From contig JBNRSN020000025.1 in the NCBI GenBank assembly GCA_051313645.2, positions 496,001 through 560,000 on the forward strand: a stretch of 64,000 bases of DNA, in the 5' to 3' direction. The stretch is from Centroscyllium fabricii (Eukaryota). Below, piece by piece: positions 24,501 through 39,500 of the stretch. Below the pieces are notes generated by a model. That model searched no databases. It was given only the letters and a program-made list of their open reading frames with translations, and was not told where the DNA came from. The translations under genes were made by a program, and so were the position numbers. Positions within the stretch are counted from its first letter, which is position 1. Each line of letters opens with the position of its first letter.

Positions 24501-27500
24501 TCATGCTCTTATAGATGGATTTCATGCTCTTATAGATGGATTTCATGCTCTTATAGATGGATTTCATGTTCTTATAGATAGATTTCATGCTCTTATAGAT
24601 GGATTTCCTGCTCGTATAGATAGATTTCATTCTCTTATAGATAGATTTCATTCTCTTATAGATGGATTTCATGTTCTTATAGATTTCATGCTCTTATAGA
24701 TGGATTTCATGCTCTTATAGATGGATTTCATGTTCTTATAGATTTCATGCTCTTATAGATGGATTTCATGCTCTTATAGATGGATTTCCTGCTCGTATAG
24801 ATAGATTTCATTCTCTTATAGATAGATTTCATTCTCTTATAGATGGATTTCATGCTCTTATAGATGGATTTCATGTTCTTAAAGATGGATTTTTTGCTCT
24901 TAGAGATGGATTTCATGCTCTTATAGATGGATTTCATGTTCTTATAGTTGGATTTCATGTTCTTATAGATAGATTTCATTCTCTTATAGATGGATTTCAT
25001 GTTCTTATAGATGGATTTCATGCTCTTATAGATGGATTTCATGTTCTTATAGATGGATTTCATGCTCTTATAGATGGATTTCATTCTCTTATAGCTGGAT
25101 TTCATGCTCTTATCGATGGATTTCATGCACTTATAGATGGATTTCATGTTCATATAGATAGATTTCATGCTCTTATAGATGGATTTCATGCACTTATAGA
25201 TAGATTTCATGCTCTTATAGATGGATTTCATGCTCTTATAGATAGATTTCATGCTCTTATAGATGGATTTCATGTTCTTATAGATGGATTTCATGTTCTT
25301 ATAGATGGATTTCTTGCTCTTGTAGAGAGATTTCTGCTCTTATAGATAGATTTCATGCTCTTATAGATAGATTTCATGCTCTTATAGATGGATTTCATGT
25401 TCTTATAGATAGATTTCATTCTCTTATAGATAGATTTCATGCTCTTATAGATGGATTTTCTGCTCGTATAGATAGATTTCATTCTCTTATGGATGGATTT
25501 CATGTTCTTATAGATGGATTTCATGCTCTTATAGATGGATTTCATGTTCCTATAGATGGATTTCATGTTCTTATAGATAGATTTCATTCTCTTATAGATA
25601 GATTTCATGTTCTTATAGATGGATTTCATTCTCTTATAGATGGATTTCATGCTCTTATAGATGGATTTCATGTTCTTATAGAGAGATTTCATTCTCTTAT
25701 AGATAGATTTCATGCTCTTATAGATAGATTTCATGCTCTTATAGATGGATTTCATTTTCTTATAGATAGATTTCATGCTCTTATAGATGGATTTCATTCT
25801 CTTATAGATGGATTTCATGCTCTTATAGATGGATTTCATGCTCTTATAGATGGATTTCATGCTCTTATAGATGGATTTCATGTTCTTATAGATAGAATTC
25901 ATGCTCTTATAGATGGATTTCATGCTCTTATGGATAGATTTCATTCTCTTATAGATGGATTTCATGTTCTTATAGGTGGATTTCATGCTCTTATAGATGG
26001 ATTTCATGCTCTTATAGATAGATTTCATTCTCTTATAGATGGATTTCCTGTTCTTATAGATGGATTTCATGTTCTTATAGATGGATTTCATGCTCTTATA
26101 GATAGATTTCATGCTCTTATAGATGGATTTCATGCTCTTATAGATAGATTTCATTCTCTTATAGATAGATTTCATGCTCTTATAGATGGATTTCATGCTC
26201 TTATAGATGGATTTCCTGCTCGTATAGATGGATTTCATGTTCTTATAGATGGTTTTCATTCTCTTATTGATGGATTTCATGCTCTTATAGATGGATTTCA
26301 TGTTCATATAGATGGATTTCATTCTCTTATAGATAGATTTCATTCTCTTATAGATGGATTTCATGTTCTTATAGATGGATTTCATGTTCTTATAGATGGA
26401 TTTCATGTTCTTATAGATGGATTTCATGTTCTTATAGATTGATTTCATGTTCCTATAGAGAGATTTCATTCTCTTATAGATAGATTTCATGCTCTTATAG
26501 ATGGATTTCATGCTCTTATAGATGGATTTCCTGCTCGTATAGATAGATTTCATTCTCTTATAGATGGATTTCATGCTCTTATAGATGGATTTCCTGTTCT
26601 TTTAGATAGATTTCATTCTCTTATAGATGGTTTTCATGCTCTTATAGATGGATTTCATGTTCATATAGATGGATTTCATTCTCTTATATATAGATTTCAT
26701 GCTCTTATAGATGGATTTCATGTTCTTATAGATGGATTTCATGCTCTTATAGATAGATTTCATTCTCTTATAGATGGATTTCATGCTCTTATAGATGGAT
26801 TTCATGCTCTTATAGATGGATTTCATGTTCTTATAGATGGATTTCATGCTCTTATAGATAGATTTCATTCTCTTATAGATAGATTTCATTCTCTTATAGA
26901 TGGATTTCATGTTCTTATAGATGGATTTCATGCTCTTATAGATGGATTTCATGTTCTTATAGATGGATTTCATGCTCTTATAGATAGATTTCATTCTCTT
27001 ATAGATGGATTTCATGTTCTTATAGATGGATTTCATGTTCTTGTAGAGAGATTTCATGTTCTTGTAGAGAGATTTCATGTTCTTATTGATGGATTTCCTG
27101 CTCGTGTAGATGGATTTCATGTTCTTATAGATGGATTTCATTCTCTTATAGATAGATTTCATTCTCTTATAGATGGATTTCATGCTCTTATAGATGGATT
27201 TCATGCTCTTATAGATGGATTTCATGTTCTTATAGATGGATTTCATGCTCTTATAGATGGATTTCATGTTCTTATAGGTGGATATCATGTTCTTATAGAT
27301 GGATTTCATGTTCTTATAGATGGATTTCATGCTCTTATAGGTGGATTTCATGTTCTTATAGATGGATTTCATTCTCTTATAGATGGATTTCATGTTCTTA
27401 TAGATGGATTTCATGTTAATATAGATGGATTTCATTCTCTTATAGATAGATTTCATGTTGTTATAGATGGATTTCATGCTCTTATAGATGGATTTCATGT

Positions 27501-30500
27501 TCTTATAGATGGATTTCATGTTCTTATAGATAGATTTCATTCTCATATAGATGGATTTCATGTTCTTATAGATGGATTTCATTCTCTTATAGATGAATTT
27601 CATGCTCTTATAGATGGATTTCATTCTCTTATAGATAGATTTCATGCTCTTATAGATGGATTTCATGTTCTTATAGAGAGATTTCATGCTCTTATAGATA
27701 GATTTCATTCTCTAAAAGATGGATTTCATGCTCTAACAGATGGATTTCATGCTCTTATAGATGGATTTCATGCTCTTATAGATGGATTTCATGCTCTTAT
27801 AGATGGATTTCATGTTCTTATAGATAGATTTCATGCTCTTATAGATGGATTTCCTGCTCGTATAGATAGATTTCATTCTCTTATAGATAGATTTCATTCT
27901 CTTATAGATGGATTTCATGTTCTTATAGATGGATTTCATGCTCTTATAGATGGATTTCATGTTCTTATAGATGGATTTCATGCTCTTATAGATGGATTTC
28001 ATTCTCTTATAGATACATTTCATGCTCTTATAGATGGATCTCATGCTCTTATAGATCGATTTCCTGCTCGTATAGATAGATTTCATTCTCTTATAGATGG
28101 ATTTCATGCTCTTATAGGTGGATTTCATGTTCTTGTAGAGAGATTTCATGCTCTTATAGATGGATTTCATGCTCTTATAGATGGATTTCCTGCTCGTGTA
28201 GATGGATTTCATGTTCTTATAGATGGATTTCATGCTCTTATAGATGGATTTCATGCTCTTATAGATAGATTTCATGTTCTTATAGATGGATTTCATTCTC
28301 TTATAGATAGATTTCATGCTCTTATAGATGGATTTCATGTTCTTATAGATGGATTTCATGCTCTTATAGATGGATTTCATGTTCTTATAGGTGGATTTCA
28401 TGTTCTTATAGATGGATTTCATGTTCTTATAGATGGATTTCATGCTCTTATAGGTGGATTTCATGTTCTTATAGATGGATTTCATGTTCTTATAGATGGA
28501 TTTCATGCTCTTATAGATGGATTTCATGTTCTTATAGGTGGATTTCATGTTCTTATAGATGGATTTCATGTTCTTATAGATGGATTTCATGCTCTTATAG
28601 GTGGATTTCATGTTCTTATAGATGGATTTCATGCTCTTATAGATGGATTTCATGTTCTTATAGATGGATTTCAAGCTCTTATCGATGGATTTCATTCTCT
28701 TGTAGAGAGATTTCATGTTCTTATAGATGGATTTCATGCTCTTATAAATGGATCTCATTCTCTTATAGATGGATTTCATGCTCTTATAGATGGATCTCAT
28801 TCTCTTATAGATGGATTTCATGCTCTTATAGATGGATCTCATTCTCTTATAGATGGATTTCATGTTCTTATAGATGGATTTCATTCTCTTATAGATGGAT
28901 TTCATGCTCTTATAGATGGATCTCATTCTCTTATAGATGGATTTCATGTTCTTATAGATGGATCTCATTCTCTTGTAGAGAGATTTCATGTTCTTATAGA
29001 TGGATTTCATGCTCTTATAGATGGATCTCATTCTCTTATAGATGGATTTCATGTTCTTATTGATGGATTTCATTCTCTTATAGATGGATTTCATGCTCTT
29101 ATAGATGGATCTCATTCTCTTATAGATGGATTTCATGTTCTTATAGATAGATTTCATGCTCTTATAGATGGATTTCAAGCTCTTATCGATGGATTTCATG
29201 CTCTTATAGATGGATCTCATTCTCTTATAGATGGATTTCATGTTCTTATAGATGGATTTCATTCTCTTGTAGAGAGATTTCATGCTCTTATAGATGGATT
29301 TCATGTTATTATAGATGGATTTCATTCTCTTATAGATGGATTTCATGCTCTTATAGATCGATTTCATGTTATTATAGATGGATTTCATTCTCTTATAGAT
29401 GGATTTCATGCTCTCATAGATGGATTTCATGTTCTTATAGATGGATTTCATGCTCTTATAGATTGATTTCATGCTCTTATAGATGGATTTCCTGCTCGTA
29501 TAGATAGATTTCATTCTCTTATAGATGGATTTCATGCTCTTATAGGTGGATTTCATGTTCTTGTAGAGAGATTTCATGCTCTTATAGATGGATTTCCTGT
29601 TCTTTTAGATAGATTTCATTCTCTTATAGATGGATTTCATGCTCTTATAGATGGATTTCATGCTCTTATAGATGGATTTCCTGTTCTTTTAGATAGATTT
29701 CATTCTCTTATAGATAGATTTCATGCTCTTATAGATGGATTTCATGCTCTTATAGATGGATTTCCTGCTCGTATAGATGGATTTCATGTTCTTATAGATG
29801 GTTTTCATTCTCTTATTGATGGATTTCATGCTCTTATAGATGGATTTCATGTTCATATAGATGGATTTCATTCTCTTATAGATAGATTTCATTCTCTTAT
29901 AGATGGATTTCATGTTCTTATAGATGGATTTCATGTTCTTATAGATGGATTTCATGTTCTTATAGATGGATTTCATGTTCTTATAGATTGATTTCATGTT
30001 CTTATAGAGAGATTTCATTCTCTTATAGATAGATTTCATGCTCTTATAGATGGATTTCATGCTCTTATAGATGGATTTCCTGCTCGTATAGATAGATTTC
30101 ATTCTCTTATAGATGGATTTCATGCTCTTATAGATGGATTTCCTGTTCTTCTAGATAGATTTCATTCTCTTATAGATGGTTTTCATGCTCTTATAGATGG
30201 ATTTCATGTTCATATAGATGGATTTCATTCTCTTATATATAGATTTCATGTTCGTATAGATGGATTTCATGTTCTTATAGATGGATTTCATGCTCTTATA
30301 GATGGATTTCATGTTCTTATAGATGGATTTCATGCTCTTATAGATAGATTTCATTCTCTTATAGATGGATTTCATGCTCTTATAGATGGATTTCATGCTC
30401 TTATAGATGGATTTCATGTTCTTATAGATGGATTTCATGCTCTTATAGATAGATTTCATTCTCTTATAGATGGATTTCATGTTCTTATAGATGGATTTCA

Positions 30501-33500
30501 TGTTCTTATAGATGGATTTCATGCTCTTATAGATGGATTTCCTGTTCTTTTAGATAGATTTCATTCTCTTATAGATAGATTTCATGCTCTTATAGATGGA
30601 TTTCATGCTCTTATAGATGGATTTCCTGCTCGTATAGATGGATTTCATGTTCTTATAGATGGTTTTCATTCTCTTATTGATGGATTTCATGCTCTTATAG
30701 ATGGATTTCATGTTCATATAGATGGATTTCATTCTCTTATAGATAGATTTCATTCTCTTATAGATGGATTTCATGTTCTTATAGATGGATTTCATGTTCT
30801 TATAGATGGATTTCATGTTCTTATAGATGGATTTCATGTTCTTATAGATTGATTTCATGTTCTTATAGAGAGATTTCATTCTCTTATAGATAGATTTCAT
30901 GCTCTTATAGATGGATTTCATGCTCTTATAGATGGATTTCCTGCTCGTATAGATAGATTTCATTCTCTTATAGATGGATTTCATGCTCTTATAGATGGAT
31001 TTCCTGTTCTTCTAGATAGATTTCATTCTCTTATAGATGGTTTTCATGCTCTTATAGATGGATTTCATGTTCATATAGATGGATTTCATTCTCTTATATA
31101 TAGATTTCATGTTCGTATAGATGGATTTCATGTTCTTATAGATGGATTTCATGCTCTTATAGATGGATTTCATGTTCTTATAGATGGATTTCATGCTCTT
31201 ATAGATAGATTTCATTCTCTTATAGATGGATTTCATGCTCTTATAGATGGATTTCATGCTCTTATAGATGGATTTCATGTTCTTATAGATGGATTTCATG
31301 CTCTTATAGATAGATTTCATTCTCTTATAGATAGATTTCATTCTCTTATAGATGGATTTCATGTTTTTATAGATGGATTTCATGCTCTTATAGATAGATT
31401 TCATGTTCTTATAGATGGATTTCATGCTCTTATAGATAGATTTCATTCTCTTATAGATGGATTTCATGTTCTTATAGATGGATTTCATGTTCTTGTAGAG
31501 AGATTTCATGTTCTTGTAGAGAGATTTCATGTTCTTATTGATGGATTTCCTGCTCGTGTAGATGGATTTCATGTTCTTATAGATGGATTTCATTCTCTTA
31601 TAGATAGATTTCATTCTCTTATAGATGGATTTCATGCTCTTATAGATGGATTTCATGCTCTTATAGATGGATTTCATGTTCTTATAGATGGATTTCATGC
31701 TCTTATAGATGGATTTCATGTTCTTATAGGTGGATTTCATGTTCTTATAGATGGATTTCATGTTCTTATAGATGGATTTCATGCTCTTATAGGTGGATTT
31801 CATGTTCTTATAGATGGATTTCATTCTCTTATAGATGGATTTCATGTTCTTATAGATGGATTTCATGTTAATATAGATGGATTTCATTCTCTTATAGATA
31901 GATTTCATGTTCTTATAGATGGATTTCATGCTCTTATAGATGGATTTCATGCTCTTATAGATGGATTTCATGTTAATATAGATGGATTTCATTCTCTTAT
32001 AGATAGATTTCATGTTGTTATAGATGGATTTCACGCTCTTATAGATGGATTTCATGTTCTTATAGATGGATTTCATGTTCTTATAGATAGATTTCATTCT
32101 CATATAGATGGATTTCATTTTCTTATAGATGGATTTCATTCTCTTATAGATGGATTTCATGCTCTTATAGATGGATTTCATTCTCTTATAGATAGATTTC
32201 ATGCTCTTATAGATGGATTTCATGTTCTTATAGAGAGATTTCATGCTCTTATAGATAGATTTAATTCTCTAAAAGATGGATTTCATGCTCTAACAGATGG
32301 ATTTCATGCTCTTATAGATGGATTTCATGCTCTTATAGATGGATTTCATGCTCTTATAGATGGATTTCATGTTCTTATAGATAGATTTCATGCTCTTATA
32401 GATGGATTTCCTGCTCGTATAGATAGATTTCATTCTCTTATAGATAGATTTCATTCTCTTATAGATGGATTTCATGTTCTTATAGATTTCATGCTCTTAT
32501 AGATGGATTTCATGCTCTTATAGATGGATTTCATGTTCTTATAGATTTCATGCTCTTATAGATGGATTTCATGCTCTTATAGATGGATTTCCTGCTCGTA
32601 TAGATAGATTTCATTCTCTTATAGATAGATTTCATTCTCTTATAGATGGATTTCATGCTCTTATAGATGGATTTCATGTTCTTAAAGATGGATTTTTTGC
32701 TCTTAGAGATGGATTTCATGCTCTTATAGATGGATTTCATGTTCTTATAGTTGGATTTCATGTTCTTATAGATAGATTTCATTCTCTTATAGATGGATTT
32801 CATGTTCTTATAGATGGATTTCATGCTCTTATAGATGGATTTCATGTTCTTATAGATGGATTTCATGCTCTTATAGATGGATTTCATTCTCTTATAGCTG
32901 GATTTCATGCTCTTATCGATGGATTTCATGCACTTATAGATGGATTTCATGTTCATATAGATAGATTTCATGCTCTTATAGATGGATTTCATGCACTTAT
33001 AGATAGATTTCATGCTCTTATAGATGGATTTCATGCTCTTATAGATAGATTTCATGCTCTTATAGATGGATTTCATGTTCTTATAGATGGATTTCATGTT
33101 CTTATAGATGGATTTCTTGCTCTTGTAGAGAGATTTCTGCTCTTATAGATAGATTTCATGCTCTTATAGATAGATTTCATGCTCTTATAGATGGATTTCA
33201 TGTTCTTATAGATAGATTTCATTCTCTTATAGATAGATTTCATGCTCTTATAGATGGATTTTCTGCTCGTATAGATAGATTTCATTCTCTTATGGATGGA
33301 TTTCATGTTCTTATAGATGGATTTCATGCTCTTATAGATGGATTTCATGTTCCTATAGATGGATTTCATGTTCTTATAGATAGATTTCATTCTCTTATAG
33401 ATAGATTTCATGTTCTTATAGATGGATTTCATTCTCTTATAGATGGATTTCATGCTCTTATAGATGGATTTCATGTTCTTATAGAGAGATTTCATTCTCT

Positions 33501-36500
33501 TATAGATAGATTTCATGCTCTTATAGATAGATTTCATGCTCTTATAGATGGATTTCATTTTCTTATAGATAGATTTCATGCTCTTATAGATGGATTTCAT
33601 TCTCTTATAGATGGATTTCATGCTCTTATAGATGGATTTCATGCTCTTATAGATGGATTTCATGCTCTTATAGATGGATTTCATGTTCTTATAGATAGAA
33701 TTCATGCTCTTATAGATGGATTTCATGCTCTTATGGATAGATTTCATTCTCTTATAGATGGATTTCATGTTCTTATAGGTGGATTTCATGCTCTTATAGA
33801 TGGATTTCATGCTCTTATAGATAGATTTCATTCTCTTATAGATGGATTTCCTGTTCTTATAGATGGATTTCATGTTCTTATAGATGGATTTCATGCTCTT
33901 ATAGATAGATTTCATGCTCTTATAGATGGATTTCATGCTCTTATAGATAGATTTCATTCTCTTATAGATAGATTTCATGCTCTTATAGATGGATTTCATG
34001 CTCTTATAGATGGATTTCCTGCTCGTATAGATGGATTTCATGTTCTTATAGATGGTTTTCATTCTCTTATTGATGGATTTCATGCTCTTATAGATGGATT
34101 TCATGTTCATATAGATGGATTTCATTCTCTTATAGATAGATTTCATTCTCTTATAGATGGATTTCATGTTCTTATAGATGGATTTCATGTTCTTATAGAT
34201 GGATTTCATGTTCTTATAGATGGATTTCATGTTCTTATAGATTGATTTCATGTTCCTATAGAGAGATTTCATTCTCTTATAGATAGATTTCATGCTCTTA
34301 TAGATGGATTTCATGCTCTTATAGATGGATTTCCTGCTCGTATAGATAGATTTCATTCTCTTATAGATGGATTTCATGCTCTTATAGATGGATTTCCTGT
34401 TCTTTTAGATAGATTTCATTCTCTTATAGATGGTTTTCATGCTCTTATAGATGGATTTCATGTTCATATAGATGGATTTCATTCTCTTATATATAGATTT
34501 CATGCTCTTATAGATGGATTTCATGTTCTTATAGATGGATTTCATGCTCTTATAGATAGATTTCATTCTCTTATAGATGGATTTCATGCTCTTATAGATG
34601 GATTTCATGCTCTTATAGATGGATTTCATGTTCTTATAGATGGATTTCATGCTCTTATAGATAGATTTCATTCTCTTATAGATAGATTTCATTCTCTTAT
34701 AGATGGATTTCATGTTCTTATAGATGGATTTCATGCTCTTATAGATGGATTTCATGTTCTTATAGATGGATTTCATGCTCTTATAGATAGATTTCATTCT
34801 CTTATAGATGGATTTCATGTTCTTATAGATGGATTTCATGTTCTTGTAGAGAGATTTCATGTTCTTGTAGAGAGATTTCATGTTCTTATTGATGGATTTC
34901 CTGCTCGTGTAGATGGATTTCATGTTCTTATAGATGGATTTCATTCTCTTATAGATAGATTTAATTCTCTTATAGATGGATTTCATGCTCTTATAGATGG
35001 ATTTCATGCTCTTATAGATGGATTTCATGTTCTTATAGATGGATTTCATGCTCTTATAGATGGATTTCATGTTCTTATAGGTGGATATCATGTTCTTATA
35101 GATGGATTTCATGTTCTTATAGATGGATTTCATGCTCTTATAGGTGGATTTCATGTTCTTATAGATGGATTTCATTCTCTTATAGATGGATTTCATGTTC
35201 TTATAGATGGATTTCATGTTAATATAGATGGATTTCATTCTCTTATAGATAGATTTCATGTTGTTATAGATGGATTTCATGCTCTTATAGATGGATTTCA
35301 TGTTCTTATAGATGGATTTCATGTTCTTATAGATAGATTTCATTCTCATATAGATGGATTTCATGTTCTTATAGATGGATTTCATTCTCTTATAGATGAA
35401 TTTCATGCTCTTATAGATGGATTTCATTCTCTTATAGATAGATTTCATGCTCTTATAGATGGATTTCATGTTCTTATAGAGAGATTTCATGCTCTTATAG
35501 ATAGATTTCATTCTCTAAAAGATGGATTTCATGCTCTAACAGATGGATTTCATGCTCTTATAGATGGATTTCATGCTCTTATAGATGGATTTCATGCTCT
35601 TATAGATGGATTTCATGTTCTTATAGATAGATTTCATGCTCTTATAGATGGATTTCCTGCTCGTATAGATAGATTTCATTCTCTTATAGATAGATTTCAT
35701 TCTCTTATAGATGGATTTCATGTTCTTATAGATTTCATGCTCTTATAGATGGATTTCATGCTCTTATAGATGGATTTCATGTTCTTATAGATTTCATGCT
35801 CTTATAGATGGATTTCATGCTCTTATAGATGGATTTCCTGCTCGTATAGATAGATTTCATTCTCTTATAGATAGATTTCATTCTCTTATAGATGGATTTC
35901 ATGCTCTTATAGATGGATTTCATGTTCTTAAAGATGGATTTTTTGCTCTTAGAGATGGATTTCATGCTCTTATAGATGGATTTCATGTTCTTATAGTTGG
36001 ATTTCATGTTCTTATAGATAGATTTCATTCTCTTATAGATGGATTTCATGTTCTTATAGATGGATTTCATGCTCTTATAGATGGATTTCATGTTCTTATA
36101 GATGGATTTCATGCTCTTATAGATGGATTTCATTCTCTTATAGCTGGATTTCATGCTCTTATCGATGGATTTCATGCACTTATAGATGGATTTCATGTTC
36201 ATATAGATAGATTTCATGCTCTTATAGATGGATTTCATGCACTTATAGATAGATTTCATGCTCTTATAGATGGATTTCATGCTCTTATAGATAGATTTCA
36301 TGCTCTTATAGATGGATTTCATGTTCTTATAGATGGATTTCATGTTCTTATAGATGGATTTCATGCTCTTGTAGAGAGATTTCTGCTCTTATAGATAGAT
36401 TTCATGCTCTTATAGATAGATTTCATGCTCTTATAGATGGATTTCATGTTCTTATAGATAGATTTCATTCTCTTATAGATAGATTTCATGCTCTTATAGA

Positions 36501-39500
36501 TGGATTTCCTGCTCGTATAGATAGATTTCATTCTCTTATGGATGGATTTCATGTTCTTATAGATGGATTTCATGCTCTTATAGATGGATTTCATGTTCCT
36601 ATAGATGGATTTCATGTTCTTATAGATAGATTTCATTCTCTTATAGATAGATTTCATGTTCTTATAGATGGATTTCATTCTCTTATAGATGGATTTCATG
36701 CTCTTATAGATGGATTTCATGTTCTTATAGAGAGATTTCATTCTCTTATAGATAGATTTCATGCTCTTATAGATAGATTTCATGCTCTTATAGATGGATT
36801 TCATTTTCTTATAGATAGATTTCATGCTCTTATAGATGGATTTCATTCTCTTATAGATGGATTTCATGCTCTTATAGATGGATTTCATGCTCTTATAGAT
36901 GGATTTCATGCTCTTATAGATGGATTTCATGTTCTTATAGATAGAATTCATGCTCTTATAGATGGATTTCATGCTCTTATGGATAGATTTCATTCTCTTA
37001 TAGATGGATTTCATGTTCTTATAGGTGGATTTCATGCTCTTATAGATGGATTTCATGCTCTTATAGATAGATTTCATTCTCTTATAGATGGATTTCCTGT
37101 TCTTATAGATGGATTTCATGTTCTTATAGATGGATTTCATGCTCTTATAGATAGATTTCATGCTCTTATAGATGGATTTCATGCTCTTATAGATAGATTT
37201 CATTCTCTTATAGATGGATTTCATGCTCTGGTAGATTGATTTAATGTTCTTATAGATGGATTTCATGCTCTTATAGATGGATTTCATGTTCTTATAGATA
37301 GATTTCATTCTCTTATAGATGGATTTCATGTTCTTATTGATGGATTTCATGTTCTTATAGATGGATTTCATGTTCTTCTAGATAGATTTCATGTTCTTAT
37401 AGATAGATTTCATGTTCTTATAGATAGATTTCATTCTCTTATAGATGGATTTCATGCTCTTATAGATGGATTTCATGTTCTTATAGATGGATTTCATTCT
37501 CTTATAGATGGATTTCATGTTCTTATAGTTCGATTTCATGTTCTTATAGATAGATTTCATTCTCTTATAGATGGATTTCATGTTCTTCTAGATAGATTTC
37601 ATGTTCTTATAGATAGATTTCATTCTCTTATAGATGGATTTCATGTTCTTATAGATGGATTTCATGTTCTTATAGATGGATTTCATGTTCTTATAGATGG
37701 ATTTCATGCTCTTATAGATTGATTTCATGCTCTTATAGATGGATTTCCTGCTCGTATAGATAGATTTCATTCTCTTATAGATGGATTTCATGCTCTTATA
37801 GATGGATTTCATGTTCATATAGATGGATTTCATTCTCTTATAGATAGATTTCATGTTGTTATAGATAGATTTCATTCTCTTATAGATGGATTTCATGTTC
37901 TTATAGATGGATTTCACGCTCCTATAGATGGATTTCATGTTCTTATAGATGGATTTCATGTTCTTATAGATGGATTTCACGCTCTTATAGATGGATTTCA
38001 TGTTCTTATAGATGGATTTCATGTTCTTATAGATAGATTTCATTCTCTTATAGATGGATTTCATGCTCTTATAGATGGATTTCATGTTCTTATAGAGAGA
38101 TTTCATTCTCTTATAGATAGATTTCATGCTCTTATAGATGGATTTCATGCTCTTATAGATGGATTTCCTGCTCGTATAGATAGATTTCATTCTCTTATAG
38201 ATAGATTTCATGCTCTTATAGGTGGATTTCATGTTCTTATAGATGGATTTCATGTTCTTGTAGATAGATTTCATTCTCTTATAGATGGTTTTCATGCTCT
38301 TATAGATGGATTTCATGTTCATATAGATGGATTTCATTCTCTTATATATAGATTTCATGTTCTTATAGATGGATTTCATGTTCTTATAGATGGATTTCAT
38401 GCTCTTATAGATGGATTTCATGTTCTTATAGATGGATTTCATGCTCTTATAGATGGATTTCATTCTCTTATAGATACATTTCATGCTCTTATAGATGGAT
38501 TTCATGCTCTTATAGATGGATTTCCTGCTCGTATAGATAGATTTCATTCTCTTATAGATGGATTTCATGCTCTTATAGGTGGATTTCATGTTCTTGTAGA
38601 GAGATTTCATGCTCTTATAGATGGATTTCATGCTCTTATAGATGGATTTCCTGCTCGTGTAGATGGATTTCATGTTCTTATAGATGGATTTCATGCTCTT
38701 ATAGATGGATTTCATACTCTTATAGATAGATTTCATGTTCTTATAGATGGATTTCATTCTCTTATAGATAGATTTCATGCTCTTATAGATGGATTTCATG
38801 TTCTTATAGATGGATTTCATGCTCTTATAGATGGATTTCATGTTCTTATAGGTGGATTTCATGTTCTTATAGATGGATTTCATGTTCTTATAGATGGATT
38901 TCATGCTCTTATAGGTGGATTTCTTGTTCTTATAGATGGATTTCATTCTCTTATAGATGGATTTCATGTTCTTATAGATGGATTTCATGCTCTTATAGAT
39001 GGATTTCATGTTCTTATAGGTGGATTTCATGTTCTTATAGATGGATTTCATGTTCTTATAGATGGATTTCATGCTCTTATAGGTGGATTTCATGTTCTTA
39101 TAGATGGATTTCATGCTCTTATAGATGGATTTCATGTCCTTATAGATGGATTTCAAGCTCTTATTGATGGATTTCATTCTCTTGTAGAGAGATTTCATGT
39201 TCTTATAGATGGATTTCATGCTCTTATAGATGGATTTCATGCTCTTATAGATGGATCTCATTCTCTTATAGATGGATTTCATTCTCTTATAGATGGATTT
39301 CATTCTCTTATAGATGGATTTCATGTTCTTATAGATGGATTTCATTCTCTTATAGATGGATTTCATGCTCTTATAGATGGATCTCATTCTCTTATAGATG
39401 GATTTCATGTTCTTATAGATAGATTTCATGTTCTTATAGATGGATTTCAAGCTCTTATCGATGGATTTCATGCTCTTATAGTTGGATCTCATTCTCATAT

